From contig CAZIYE010000001.1 of NCBI GenBank assembly GCA_964543385.1, positions 486,755-550,754 of the forward strand: 64,000 nucleotides of DNA. The letters are read 5' to 3'. The notes below the pieces were generated by a model, which was not told the DNA's origin, made no database searches, and worked only from the letters and a program-made list of their open reading frames with translations. Below are positions 34,253-44,109 of the stretch, in pieces (positions within the stretch are counted from its first letter, which is position 1; the number at the start of each line of letters is the position of its first letter). Origin of the DNA: an uncultured Candidatus Saccharibacteria bacterium. GTDB lineage: Bacteria > Patescibacteriota > UBA1384 > XYA2-FULL-43-10 > 1-14-0-10-43-13. The translations under genes were made by a program, and so were the position numbers.

Positions 34253-34612
34253 ATGAGCAGAGAACAAGAATTTGAAGATCGTCTGATAAATTTTTCACAA
34301 AGTACTCTCCTTTTATGTAGAAAAATACCCGAGACAACCATAACCAGGCCAATCATTACTCAATTGGTGAGATCAGCAACAAGTATAGGTGCAAATTATT
34401 GTGAAGCTAATAATGCCAGCTCCAAAAGAGACTTTAAGAATAAGATTTTTATTTGCAAGAAAGAATCACAAGAAACTAAATATTGGCTCAAACTAGTATT
34501 ATCATCTTCAAGTGAAGGAAAGGATGAAATAAATAAACTTATTCAAGAATGTCATGAGTTTTGCCTGATATTTCAAAAAATTGTCGCCACTATAGAAAAT
34601 AATGGTAAATGA
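34253..34612 (+). CDS. Four-helix-bundle protein (23S rRNA intervening-sequence protein family), second copy
   Basis: 'ITQLVRSATSIGANYCEANNASSKRDFKNKIFICKKESQETKYWLKL' carries the family-typical SIGAN..EA and KESxET motifs. The 119-aa product is divergent from the copy at 27302. Confidence 0.75.
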   Translation: MSREQEFEDRLINFSQSTLLLCRKIPETTITRPIITQLVRSATSIGANYCEANNASSKRDFKNKIFICKKESQETKYWLKLVLSSSSEGKDEINKLIQECHEFCLIFQKIVATIENNGK

Positions 34613-34644
34613 ATAAAATATTTAAAATTAATGGGTAATGAAAA

Positions 34645-35091
34645 ATGAAAAATCAAAAATCAAAAGAGTCTCTGCTTCAATTTATAAAATTCGGCATTGT
34701 CGGAGTTGCGAATACTTGTGTTGACTGGATAGTTTTCTACATATTAGTTAACACAATCTTGGGTGAGCAAAGAACGATTGCCAAGGCTATTGCATTTATA
34801 GTTGCGGTATTAAATTCCTATATATTTAATACGATTTGGACCTTCAAAAAGGAGTATGCAAGTGCTGCTGGCAAATCCGGAGACTCTTCAGCTAAATCGG
34901 CGATTTTTGGCAAATTTATAATAGTTAGTTTGATTGGGTGGGCTGTAAATGTCTTTGTATTTAGTCAAGCTGCAAATCGTGTAGATATGGCTCTTTTTAA
35001 TAAACCGGACTTATTACCTTTAATCTTTGCTTCCGGCGCTGCAATACTTTGGAACTTCTTCGCGAATAAACTCTGGACTTACAAGAAGTAA
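34645..35091 (+). CDS. GtrA-family membrane protein (polysaccharide synthesis/translocation associated)
   Basis: 'LLQFIKFGIVGVANTCVDWIVFYILVN' is the GtrA signature. The 148-aa product has 4 TM and a C-terminal 'WNFFANKLWTYK' motif. Confidence 0.8.
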   Translation: MKNQKSKESLLQFIKFGIVGVANTCVDWIVFYILVNTILGEQRTIAKAIAFIVAVLNSYIFNTIWTFKKEYASAAGKSGDSSAKSAIFGKFIIVSLIGWAVNVFVFSQAANRVDMALFNKPDLLPLIFASGAAILWNFFANKLWTYKK

Positions 35092-35244
35092 TTGCTTAAA
35101 TTATCTTGTCCAGTAAGGACAAATTTATATTGACAAGTGTGGCATCTTTGCAGGATTTAACAATTTAAATTATAATTTAAACCAAGGCCAAAGGCCATAT
35201 TCTATTTTACTTATAAACATAAAAAATATAATTTGGAGGAGGAC

Positions 35245-36969
35245 ATGAACTCAAAGAAGATACTCGCCGGTGTTCTGGCGGTGGCTGTCCTGGCTACAAG
35301 TGGTGGTATATACTACTACAAAGCCAAGACCAAGGCAGACACAGCCGAGACTCTCGCTGGTACTAGACTGCAGATGGTGGACACAGCCGGTGCAGTTGTA
35401 AAGCAAAATGTGCCATTGGAGCTTAGTTTCAAGGCTACTGTTCGGGTCTGTAAAGTGACAAGAGTAATTTTTAAGATCTCCACTTGTAAGTGGGAAGACA
35501 GAAATTTTAAAAGGGTTGCTCTTACTAGTAACGAAGGTACCTATAGTGTTGGGACAGAATCTTATCGTCCTCTAACTCCTGCTGAGGCAAAAATTGTTGT
35601 TCAAAACTTAGCCGCAGAAAAAGCAGGTAGAGCATTATTACCAGATGAAGCAGCTAGACTTGACCGTGTTACATTAGCTGCCGCAGGGATTGCCAATCCA
35701 ACCAATGCACAAGTAGAGGGCATGGTTAGCGAGGCTTTTAAAGACTATACCCCTCCTGCAACTGACGAAGAGGCAACTATCTCTTCCAGTCGTCCGTTTG
35801 GTAATTTGGTTAGTACTGCCCTCACTCTAGGAGCATCAGTTGCTGCTGTCAGTGCTGCAACTATATATGGTGCCAATCTCACTGGTGATTTTGGTGCAAA
35901 CGGTGCTAAAGGTAGTCTTAAAACTGCTCTTTCACCGAGCACATCTGTCACTGCTGCTGGTGAATTTGCTGCCAAAGGTGTTAGTGGTCTTGCCGGACAA
36001 GCTGCAAATGTTGCTGGTCAAACATTAAATACCCTAACACATGGTGCTAAATGGTTGTTTACTACCCCTACGGGCTGGGCTGTTTTGGCTGGAGTAATCT
36101 TGCTTTCATCCATCTCAACAAAGACAACTGAGAAATGGTTTACCTTGCTATCTGTTGATGTAAAAACTGCCGGTGATTTCTACACAGGAGGTCCTTTGAC
36201 TCTTTATTATCAAACCGACAAGGATACTACTAGCAATCAGTATAAGAAGAGTGAAAACTTTGCGATAGATCTAAATGATTTTGACCAGGCTTTCTATGGT
36301 CAAGCTGCTGATCAGCTGTATAACAAATTCATAACTTCAAATACAGCGCTTACAGATGCAAGCAAGGAAAATTATAAGAATTTGCTCGCTGCTAATATAA
36401 AATACATGCTTTATGCACGGTTGCATGGGTATTCGGAAGCAAATAATGACAAGACAATTAGCGAGTTGATTGCCAAGTTAACGAATCAACAAGTAGCTAC
36501 CGATACTAATTATGCTGATGCTACAAATCTACTAACCAATGGTGGCTTTGAGAATGGTATCGATGGTTGGCAGACAAGAAATGATAAGGGCGGCGCTGAG
36601 ACAGTAACCGCATCAAACTCGGTAGTCACATGTCCTGCTGGTGCAAAATGTCTAAAAATGACTAACTCTGGCAAGGGTTGGCAAGCCGCTCAACAGAAAC
36701 TTACCTTGGAAAAAGGTGTTTATAGAATTTCCGTTAAGTTCAAAACTGGTGAGGGCAAGGCACGTGGTATCGTAAACCTTCACGATCATACTACTGAAGT
36801 AGCAAACCAAGTAATGTCTGAGGGATCATCCACAGAGTGGAAGACAGTGGGTTCTGAGATTGAGATAACCGATCCTAGTCACAACTACTGGCTCTATATC
36901 TACAATGATCCGGGTAATATTACAGATACTATCTACTATGATACTATCTCTCTGCAGAAGATCAGATAG
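35245..36969 (+). CDS. Secreted or surface protein with a C-terminal CBM4/9-like carbohydrate-binding module
   Basis: A GGAGGA RBS lies 6 nt before the ATG at 35245, followed by signal/TM 'KKILAGVLAVAVLATSGGIYYY'. The C-terminal 'LLTNGGFENGIDGWQTRND...VTASNSVVTCPAGAKCLKMTNSGKGWQAAQQKLTLEKGVYRISVKFKTGEG' matches the CBM_4_9 GGFE...W pattern. The ORF-track start at 35233 adds 4 aa upstream of the RBS-supported start. Confidence 0.6.
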   Translation: MNSKKILAGVLAVAVLATSGGIYYYKAKTKADTAETLAGTRLQMVDTAGAVVKQNVPLELSFKATVRVCKVTRVIFKISTCKWEDRNFKRVALTSNEGTYSVGTESYRPLTPAEAKIVVQNLAAEKAGRALLPDEAARLDRVTLAAAGIANPTNAQVEGMVSEAFKDYTPPATDEEATISSSRPFGNLVSTALTLGASVAAVSAATIYGANLTGDFGANGAKGSLKTALSPSTSVTAAGEFAAKGVSGLAGQAANVAGQTLNTLTHGAKWLFTTPTGWAVLAGVILLSSISTKTTEKWFTLLSVDVKTAGDFYTGGPLTLYYQTDKDTTSNQYKKSENFAIDLNDFDQAFYGQAADQLYNKFITSNTALTDASKENYKNLLAANIKYMLYARLHGYSEANNDKTISELIAKLTNQQVATDTNYADATNLLTNGGFENGIDGWQTRNDKGGAETVTASNSVVTCPAGAKCLKMTNSGKGWQAAQQKLTLEKGVYRISVKFKTGEGKARGIVNLHDHTTEVANQVMSEGSSTEWKTVGSEIEITDPSHNYWLYIYNDPGNITDTIYYDTISLQKIR

Positions 36970-36992
36970 TCCTAGATAGGGCTCTAAATAAT

Positions 36993-37030
36993 AAAATGCA
37001 CCCTAAGTACTCGGGGTGCATTTTATTATT
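36993..37030 (+). terminator. Rho-independent terminator: 11-bp perfect stem (AAAATGCACCC/GGGTGCATTTT), 10-nt loop, T-rich tail
   Basis: 'aaaatgcaccctaagtactcggggtgcattttattatt' lies 24 nt after the stop of the CBM-protein gene. A second weaker hairpin (aagcta...tagctt) follows at ~37035-37053. Confidence 0.8.
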
Positions 37031-37113
37031 ACCTAAGCTATTCCTCTTAGCTTGAGTTTTGGAGGTATTTGTCTTATTATAAGAAATAGAAATATTAAAT
37101 ATGTAGCAATTTT

Positions 37114-37950
37114 ATGGCAACTGCTGATAAATTCTCTTATGAAATAACACCACCAAAAAAGCTGGTAAATATAAATTTACCAGAGATTTGGCGTTTTCGT
37201 GACCTGCTTTATATATTCGTCTGGCGCGATGTAAAGGTACGCTACAAACAAACTGCCATCGGTGTTGTATGGGCGATATTTCAGCCACTTTTCACTATGC
37301 TGATATTTACTGTATTTTTTGGCAAATTGGCGAAGATGCCCTCTGATGGAGTGCCATATCCAATATTTGTCTATGCCGGTCTTCTTCTGTGGAATTATTT
37401 CTCAAGTGCGCTAACCAATGCTAGCGATTCGCTGGTGGCGAATGAGAGTATAGTCAAAAAAGTTTATTTCCCGAGATTAATTCTGCCTCTTTCAACTACT
37501 GTCACTCCAGTTCTTGATTTCCTCTTGGCCCTAGTAGTACTTTTTGGATTAATGGCTTTTTACCATTTCACGCCAAGTATTTTAGGTATAATTCTATTAC
37601 CTTTTCTCCTGCTTATCTCTTTATTAAGCGCTTGGGGTCTAGGCATATTCCTTGCTTCAGTAAATGTAAAATATCGAGATGTGAGACATGCATTACCTTT
37701 TTTCATCCAGCTAATGCTTTTCTTAACACCAGTGATATATCCAGTTAGTTTGATACCGTCAGGCTATCAGTGGATAGTCTACTTAAATCCAATGTCTGGT
37801 GTAATCCAAACGGCAAGATCTTCACTTCTTGGGAGTAGTCCTGTTGATTGGAACATACTATTAATATCATTAGCTATCAGCTTAATATTTGTCTATGGCG
37901 GCATATATTATTTTAGAAAAACAGAACGCTTTTTTGCGGACATATTATAA
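37114..37950 (+). CDS. ABC-2 type polysaccharide/teichoic-acid exporter permease (Wzm/TagG-like)
   Basis: 'WRFRDLLYIFVWRDVKVRYKQTAIGVVWAIFQPL' is the ABC-2 permease signature. It has 6 TM and is followed directly by the cognate ATPase. Confidence 0.85.
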   Translation: MATADKFSYEITPPKKLVNINLPEIWRFRDLLYIFVWRDVKVRYKQTAIGVVWAIFQPLFTMLIFTVFFGKLAKMPSDGVPYPIFVYAGLLLWNYFSSALTNASDSLVANESIVKKVYFPRLILPLSTTVTPVLDFLLALVVLFGLMAFYHFTPSILGIILLPFLLLISLLSAWGLGIFLASVNVKYRDVRHALPFFIQLMLFLTPVIYPVSLIPSGYQWIVYLNPMSGVIQTARSSLLGSSPVDWNILLISLAISLIFVYGGIYYFRKTERFFADIL

Positions 37951-37958
37951 ACAACACA

Positions 37959-39191
37959 ATGACACAACCAATTATAAAAATTGAAAATATCAGCAAGAAA
38001 TATAGTATCGGACATAAAGAACCATACTATTCTCTCCGTGACCAAATATCAGGACTTTTCTCTGGAAAAAAAGAGAAGAAAAACGAAGAATTTTGGGCAC
38101 TTCGAGATATTGATTTTGAAATTGAACAGGGCGATACCATAGGTATAGTAGGTAGAAATGGCGCCGGTAAAAGTACACTCTTGAAGATTCTTTCACAAAT
38201 TACTCCTCCTACTACTGGAAAAATTACAATGGGTGGCAGGGTGGCCTCTCTGCTTGAAGTTGGGACAGGTTTTAATCCTGAGCTTACCGGACGTGAGAAC
38301 ATATTTCTAAATGGCGCTATCCTCGGGATGACCAGAAGTGAAATCAAACGAAAATTTGATGAAATTGTTGCATTCTCTGAGATTGAAAAGTTTTTAGATA
38401 CACCAGTAAAGAGGTATTCAAGCGGAATGTATGTGAGGCTTGCCTTCGCAGTTGCAGCCCATCTGGAGCCAGAAATATTGATAGTTGATGAAGTGTTGGC
38501 TGTAGGCGATGCTCAATTTCAAAAGAAGTGTCTTGGTAAAATGTCAGAGGTTGGCAAGAGCGGCAGAACAGTTATATTTGTCAGTCATAACATGGCAGCA
38601 GTTAATGAATTGTGCTCAAAATCGGTCTTGTTGCATAAAGGAAAAATGGTTAATTTTGGCGATACATCAAGCATCATTTCGGAATATTTAAAATCGCAAA
38701 ATGTTACTTCCGAGGGATTGATAGAACTAACCGATAACAAACTTAGAAGAAATTCACTCGATGACAGCAATTTTAAATTTACAAAAATTGAGATCGTTAA
38801 TTCAAAAGGTGAACATACCTCATCAATTGGCCTGAAAGAACCATTTAAGTTAGTTGTTCATGGGTTTATCGATAGAGAATTAAATGATTTAAGAATAGGC
38901 TTTAGCGTTGATTCATCTCTAGGTTTCCCGATTTTTAACTCACATATGACTAAAGAAGAGTTGAATATTTCCGGCAAAGGAGAGGTTAAAATTGTTATAA
39001 GCTTTGGACAAAATCTGCTTGGGCCCGGTCAATATACTATAGGACTTGGTGCAAATGGTGAAAATGTAGTGGATTGGATCCCTGAGGCGGCCAATCTAAA
39101 TATAGAGCAAATATCTTTGAACGGGGAGAGCGTCAAAAGTAATTTTGATGGGATTATTCTATACCCGTGCGATTGGTCTCTCGAGAAATAA
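37959..39191 (+). CDS. ABC exporter ATP-binding protein (Wzt/TagH-like) with a C-terminal substrate-binding extension
   Basis: Walker A is 'GIVGRNGAGKSTLLKIL', the signature is 'YSSGMYVRLAFAVA' and Walker B is 'ILIVDEVLAVGD'. The C-terminal extension runs ~170 aa beyond the NBD, as in Wzt O-antigen-recognising ATPases. Confidence 0.9.
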   Translation: MTQPIIKIENISKKYSIGHKEPYYSLRDQISGLFSGKKEKKNEEFWALRDIDFEIEQGDTIGIVGRNGAGKSTLLKILSQITPPTTGKITMGGRVASLLEVGTGFNPELTGRENIFLNGAILGMTRSEIKRKFDEIVAFSEIEKFLDTPVKRYSSGMYVRLAFAVAAHLEPEILIVDEVLAVGDAQFQKKCLGKMSEVGKSGRTVIFVSHNMAAVNELCSKSVLLHKGKMVNFGDTSSIISEYLKSQNVTSEGLIELTDNKLRRNSLDDSNFKFTKIEIVNSKGEHTSSIGLKEPFKLVVHGFIDRELNDLRIGFSVDSSLGFPIFNSHMTKEELNISGKGEVKIVISFGQNLLGPGQYTIGLGANGENVVDWIPEAANLNIEQISLNGESVKSNFDGIILYPCDWSLEK

Positions 39192-39218
39192 TTTTTTAAA
39201 TTAATATTTAAACTATCA

Positions 39219-41936
39219 ATGAAGACTAAAAAATATTCTATAGTATGTATTTGTCAGATCTACAATGAGATCGAAAAAGGGAATCTGGAAAGGTTCTATA
39301 AGTATATAAAGCCACTTGTTGATGAAATAGTCATTTATGATGATGGCAGCACCGACGGAAGCTATGAATATTCGCTTGGGCAGACTCCTCATGTAATACG
39401 TGGTGGAAAAAATGATTTTAAAAATGAAATCAGTCATCGTCAGTTAATGCTAGAGAAAGCTTTGAAGCTGTCTCCTGATTTTATTTTATGGCTTGATGCC
39501 GATGAGGTTCTCTCTGGTCAATCAAATGAGAACTTGCAAGAAGTTTGTAATGAATGTATCAAGAATGAATTTGACGGAGTTTCTATAAAAGAGCTAAATA
39601 TATGGCGAAGTTGCACTTGGCGTAGATTAGACAGCCTTTATGATATAGGCTGGTTTACTAGACTGTGGAAAGTCGTGCCAGATCTAGCTTTTGAAGATAC
39701 AAAAGAAGGTCTTCATCAAGATCTTTTCCCTCCAACGATTAAAAAAGTGATGAAAACTGATAAAACATCAGTTCTTCACTACGGCTTTTCCGATGAAACC
39801 AATCTTTCTTACAAATACCTCACTTACCGTAGTCATGGCCAAAGTGGTTACGAAATGTTAGATAGACTAATAAGCGAGGAGAAGATTGAACTGGAGAGAG
39901 TGCCAAAAAACCTTTTTCCAGATGGTCTATGGGTTGAAAAAGAGAAAGAGCCTGAGAAGCTGACCTTTTCTGAGTCGTTGTCTTATGTTGATAAACTATC
40001 GGATAAAGTTTTTAGGCCTAAATATTCGATAGCTTGCCTTATTTATAAAAGCGTAGACTGGCTTAAATTTGCTTACGAACAAGTATTAAAAAATACTGAT
40101 ATGGGTGGTAAAGAATTTTATTTTGTAGCAAATGATGCCGATGAAAATGTACTGGAATATTTGAGAAATAATTATATTCCTCATTATGTGCTAAATAATA
40201 CTCCCGACCAACGCAAAGAGTGGTATATAAATAATGTTTATAGAGGCTATAACTATGCTGCAAAGGTGGCTAAAGGCGATTTTGTTGTTTTTATAAACTC
40301 CGATATGGCGTTTACTCCAAATTGGCTAGATAATTTAATTGATTCCTACGACGGCTCAAATTGTATTGCATCGAGATTGGTAGAATCCGGCAAGCTTGAA
40401 GTAGGCAAGAATGGTATAGAGAAGGACTTCGGCCGTACAATATCAGAGTTTAAAGAAGATGATTTCCAGCGCTATGCACAAATGGTCTCTGATAATGAAG
40501 TAATTAATAGTGGTCTGTATATGCCACTCCTTGTTAGGAAAGATAAGTTTGAACAAATCGGCGGGTATCCGGAGGGCAATATCAAGATTAGCTCTAAAGA
40601 CATTTTCCATCCGGAGATTGCAAAACAGGGAGAAGAGTTAATTTCTGGCGATAGAATCTTAATCGAGAAGCTAAAATCGATTGGAGTTCGCCACCAGACT
40701 TCCTACGGCTCTATAGTGTATCACTTTCAGTGTGGAGAGAAGGATGAAACTGGCACAGACAGAAATCAAGCAGATAAAACTGAAGTTGCTATATGTAACG
40801 ATTTAGCGACAGGGACTATGGGCGAAAAGGTCCTTTGGGACTATTTGATTGAGAATTTACCTGGTGCCTACGGGGTAGATCATAGGACGGTAGGCGATAC
40901 CAACTTTGCAGAAAAAGCAAAAAGATATATTCACCAAAAACATCCTAATACTAAAGTAATTATCCAAAATGCTTCGTTTATAGATTCGGTTGATAAAGAT
41001 ATCTATACGGTCGCTTTCTTGCAGGATGATCTTCGTTCTATGGGTAGACAATTATGCCAACAGGAAATGAATTTGAAGTTAGCTCATAAAGTTGTTACAA
41101 ATTCATACCAAACTGCCGCTGTCTACAAGGACTATCCTTGTGAAATAATTCCTGTCGGATTGGACTCTGATCTATTTAGTCCCCAAAACAAATCTTCTCT
41201 TCGTAAGAAACATGGATTTTTGGAAAAAAAGACAGGTATTTTTGTGGGTAATTTCTCCGAGGTTAAGGGTTGGTCAAAAATAAAAAATTGTATTGACAAA
41301 TATCCTGAGATCCAATGGATTCTAGTTACCAAGAAAGATGAAGATTGCAAACATCCAAATGTAAGGGTATATAAACGAATTGATCAGCAATTACTGTCAC
41401 AATTGCTCAATTGTGCTGATTTTTTCATTATAGGATCGCCGGTTGAAACTCAGTGCCTTGCTGCTATAGAGGCTTGTCTTTGTGACATTCCTGTTGTGAT
41501 GCCCAACGTTGGTTTATTCAAAGATTTAAGCGAAGAAGAAAAAAGAAATGTGGGGATTATCGGTGATGATCTAGAGTATGGAGTAGAGAATATTGTAAAA
41601 GGCAAATATTCTCCCAGAAAAGTAATAATAGATCGAAGTCTTACTATTAAAGATTCAATGTCTAAATGGAAAAAGCTCGTAGAAAATTCTGTCCTAATTG
41701 CAAACATAAATGGTAATAACAAGCTAGAATGGAACAATGATTTTTCTGGCCTATGGTTTGAGATAGAGTTCTTTTATAGAAAAAAAATTCTTAAAAAAAT
41801 CTTTGGCAAGGAAGATCTCCAGATAAGAAAACATTTATCCAAGGAATCAATACTTGTATTTGGCGGATCAATTCTAAGAAAAGTAGGACTATTAGAGATT
41901 GTTAAGAAAATTATTGGTTTCAAGTCAGAAAAGTGA
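39219..41936 (+). CDS. Multidomain glycosyltransferase (two GT-A/GT2-like domains plus a C-terminal GT-B/GT4-like domain), 905 aa
   Basis: The N-terminus 'YSIVCICQIYNEIEKGNLERFYKYIKPLVDEIVIYDDGSTDGS' is GT2-like with 'WLDADEVL' (DxD). A second GT-A-like module starts near aa 270 ('YSIACLIYKSVDWLKFAYEQVLKNTD...'). The C-terminal 'IIGSPVETQCLAAIEACLCDIPVVMPNVG' is a GT-B (GT4-like) motif. Confidence 0.7.
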   Translation: MKTKKYSIVCICQIYNEIEKGNLERFYKYIKPLVDEIVIYDDGSTDGSYEYSLGQTPHVIRGGKNDFKNEISHRQLMLEKALKLSPDFILWLDADEVLSGQSNENLQEVCNECIKNEFDGVSIKELNIWRSCTWRRLDSLYDIGWFTRLWKVVPDLAFEDTKEGLHQDLFPPTIKKVMKTDKTSVLHYGFSDETNLSYKYLTYRSHGQSGYEMLDRLISEEKIELERVPKNLFPDGLWVEKEKEPEKLTFSESLSYVDKLSDKVFRPKYSIACLIYKSVDWLKFAYEQVLKNTDMGGKEFYFVANDADENVLEYLRNNYIPHYVLNNTPDQRKEWYINNVYRGYNYAAKVAKGDFVVFINSDMAFTPNWLDNLIDSYDGSNCIASRLVESGKLEVGKNGIEKDFGRTISEFKEDDFQRYAQMVSDNEVINSGLYMPLLVRKDKFEQIGGYPEGNIKISSKDIFHPEIAKQGEELISGDRILIEKLKSIGVRHQTSYGSIVYHFQCGEKDETGTDRNQADKTEVAICNDLATGTMGEKVLWDYLIENLPGAYGVDHRTVGDTNFAEKAKRYIHQKHPNTKVIIQNASFIDSVDKDIYTVAFLQDDLRSMGRQLCQQEMNLKLAHKVVTNSYQTAAVYKDYPCEIIPVGLDSDLFSPQNKSSLRKKHGFLEKKTGIFVGNFSEVKGWSKIKNCIDKYPEIQWILVTKKDEDCKHPNVRVYKRIDQQLLSQLLNCADFFIIGSPVETQCLAAIEACLCDIPVVMPNVGLFKDLSEEEKRNVGIIGDDLEYGVENIVKGKYSPRKVIIDRSLTIKDSMSKWKKLVENSVLIANINGNNKLEWNNDFSGLWFEIEFFYRKKILKKIFGKEDLQIRKHLSKESILVFGGSILRKVGLLEIVKKIIGFKSEK

Positions 41937-43174
41937 AAACCATGAAGTCACCTATGAAAATATTGATTATAGCGATGACTGATAGTATCCATACATCAAG
42001 ATGGGTCTCTCAGATAATTGATCAAGGATGGGATGTCCATATTTTCCCGAGTATATTGGGCGGAATTGCGCATGACAAACTAAGAGGAGTCAAAATCCAT
42101 GATAGTTTTCTCTCGTTTAATGGCAAAGTTGGCATAAAATTTTCTTCACTACCCAGTCTTTTTGCTGCAATACCAGATCTTATAATGACAAGATTTAATA
42201 CCAAGCGATTCCACCAAAGGAGATTGTCTAAATTAATAGATAGGCTCAAGCCAGATATTGTTCATACTCTTGAATTCCAGACTTCAGCCTATTTAATGTT
42301 GGAAGCAAAAATGAATCTTAAAGAAGTTTCTTTTAAATGGATTGCGACCAATTGGGGTAGCGATATTTATTACTTCGGACGTTTTCCTGAGCACGAAAAA
42401 AAGATTAGAGAAGTTTTATCCCAGTGTGATTATTATTCCTGCGAATGTGAGCGCGATGTGGCCCTAGCAAGACAATTTGGCTTTAAAGGGGAAACATTAC
42501 CAGTCTTTCCAAATGCCGGTGGCTTTGATCTATCAGAAATCAGTTCTTTGCGTCAGGATAACGCTGAGGATAGAAAAATAATAATGTTGAAAGGTTACCA
42601 AGGATGGTCTGGTCGTGCCCTGTCTGGCCTAGATGCTCTTAAGAAGTGCAAGGACCTCCTATCTGGATACGAGATTGTTTTATACTCGGTTGACCCAAAT
42701 TCAGAGGTTCCAAACGCTGTAGATACTTTTAGGCAGGAAACAGGAATATCTGTAAAAATTCTTCCTGCAAAAACTCCTCACGATGCAATACTCAAATTTC
42801 ATGGCCAGGCGCGTATATCCATAGGTCTAAGTATCAGTGATGCTATTAGCACATCACTACTTGAAGCTTTGGTCATGGGATCATTTCCTATACAATCGTC
42901 TACCGCATGTACAGATGAGTGGATTAATGATGGCAAGACAGGGATTAAAGTGCCGCCCGAAGATCCTGTAAAAATTGCCGAAGCTGTCAAAAAAGCCCTT
43001 TTGGATGACGACCTTATTAACAGCGCAAGGAAACATAATTATAAACTTACAGAAGAAAGGCTCGATTCCACAATCATCAAGAATAAATCTATTGATTTCT
43101 ACAAAAGTGTTTATAGCGACAAAAAAGAGTCTGCTAAAGTCACTCTTCTTGATAAAACGGGCAAAAAAGGATAA
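41933..43174 (+). CDS. Glycosyltransferase family 4-like (GT-B)
   Basis: The C-terminal 'SISDAISTSLLEALVMGSFPIQSSTACTDEWINDGKTGIKVPPEDP' matches the GT4 E..G.P...s......e.i.dg.tG motif. It overlaps the previous gene by 4 nt. Confidence 0.7.
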   Translation: MKTMKSPMKILIIAMTDSIHTSRWVSQIIDQGWDVHIFPSILGGIAHDKLRGVKIHDSFLSFNGKVGIKFSSLPSLFAAIPDLIMTRFNTKRFHQRRLSKLIDRLKPDIVHTLEFQTSAYLMLEAKMNLKEVSFKWIATNWGSDIYYFGRFPEHEKKIREVLSQCDYYSCECERDVALARQFGFKGETLPVFPNAGGFDLSEISSLRQDNAEDRKIIMLKGYQGWSGRALSGLDALKKCKDLLSGYEIVLYSVDPNSEVPNAVDTFRQETGISVKILPAKTPHDAILKFHGQARISIGLSISDAISTSLLEALVMGSFPIQSSTACTDEWINDGKTGIKVPPEDPVKIAEAVKKALLDDDLINSARKHNYKLTEERLDSTIIKNKSIDFYKSVYSDKKESAKVTLLDKTGKKG

Positions 43175-43203
43175 ATTAAACTAAAGAAAAGAAGGTATAT
43201 ATT

Positions 43204-44091
43204 ATGAATAGACAAAAGATCCTTGTTCTTGGCGCAACTGGCATGCTTGGCAACGCCATTTTTACTGAATTATCTAAGGCTGATTTTGATGTTTATGGCA
43301 CAGCCAGAAAAATAAGCCCAGAGTTTTTTTCTAAGGAGCTAACACAAAAAATCATTACAGGCATTGATATTGAAGATATGGCTTCACTTACAGCAAGTAT
43401 TAATGATCTGAAGCCTGATATTGTGATAAACTGCGTTGGTTTAATTAAGCAGGCACCCAGTGCATCAAACACGGCTTTGGCAATATATATGAATGCCCTA
43501 TTTCCTCATAAATTAGCCGCAATTTGTGAGCAGTCTGGATCACGCATGATCCATTTCAGCACAGATTGTGTATTTAGCGGCAAGAAGGGCAATTATAAAG
43601 AAAGCGATTTTGCTGATGCTGACGATGTATATGGCAGAACCAAATATCTTGGCGAAGTTCCCTATGATCATTGTTTCACGATGAGGACATCAATTATCGG
43701 CCATGGTATGGAAGCGAATGCATCTCTTATTGACTGGTTCTTGTCTCAAAAAGGCGAGAAAGTAAATGGTTATGATAAGGTGGTTTACTCCGGTTTTCCT
43801 ACAGTTGAAATCGCTAGAATTGTTAAAGAATATGTTATCCCAAATCCCGAACTAAAAGGCCTCTATCATGTCTCTGCAGAGCCAATTTCTAAATATGATC
43901 TACTCAAACTTGTCGCCAGAATTTATGGCAAAAAAGTAGAATTAGTACCTTCGGACAATGAAATCTCTAATAAATCTTTAAATTCAGATATTTTTAGAGA
44001 GGCGACTGGCTATAATCCACCAAGTTGGGAAGAATTGGTCACTAAAATGCACGACTATTATAAGTCAAACGATAGTTTTGTTAAATTCTAA
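43204..44091 (+). CDS. RmlD-like NAD(P)-dependent 4-keto-6-deoxy sugar reductase (dTDP-4-dehydrorhamnose reductase family; WbvR-like)
   Basis: The Rossmann N-terminus 'KILVLGATGMLGNAIFTEL' is present in a ~295-aa product typical of RmlD. It lies immediately before the CapE/FnlA-like dehydratase and a UDP-GlcNAc 2-epimerase. Confidence 0.65.
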   Translation: MNRQKILVLGATGMLGNAIFTELSKADFDVYGTARKISPEFFSKELTQKIITGIDIEDMASLTASINDLKPDIVINCVGLIKQAPSASNTALAIYMNALFPHKLAAICEQSGSRMIHFSTDCVFSGKKGNYKESDFADADDVYGRTKYLGEVPYDHCFTMRTSIIGHGMEANASLIDWFLSQKGEKVNGYDKVVYSGFPTVEIARIVKEYVIPNPELKGLYHVSAEPISKYDLLKLVARIYGKKVELVPSDNEISNKSLNSDIFREATGYNPPSWEELVTKMHDYYKSNDSFVKF

Positions 44092-44109
44092 ATATAAATA
44101 GAAGGTTAT

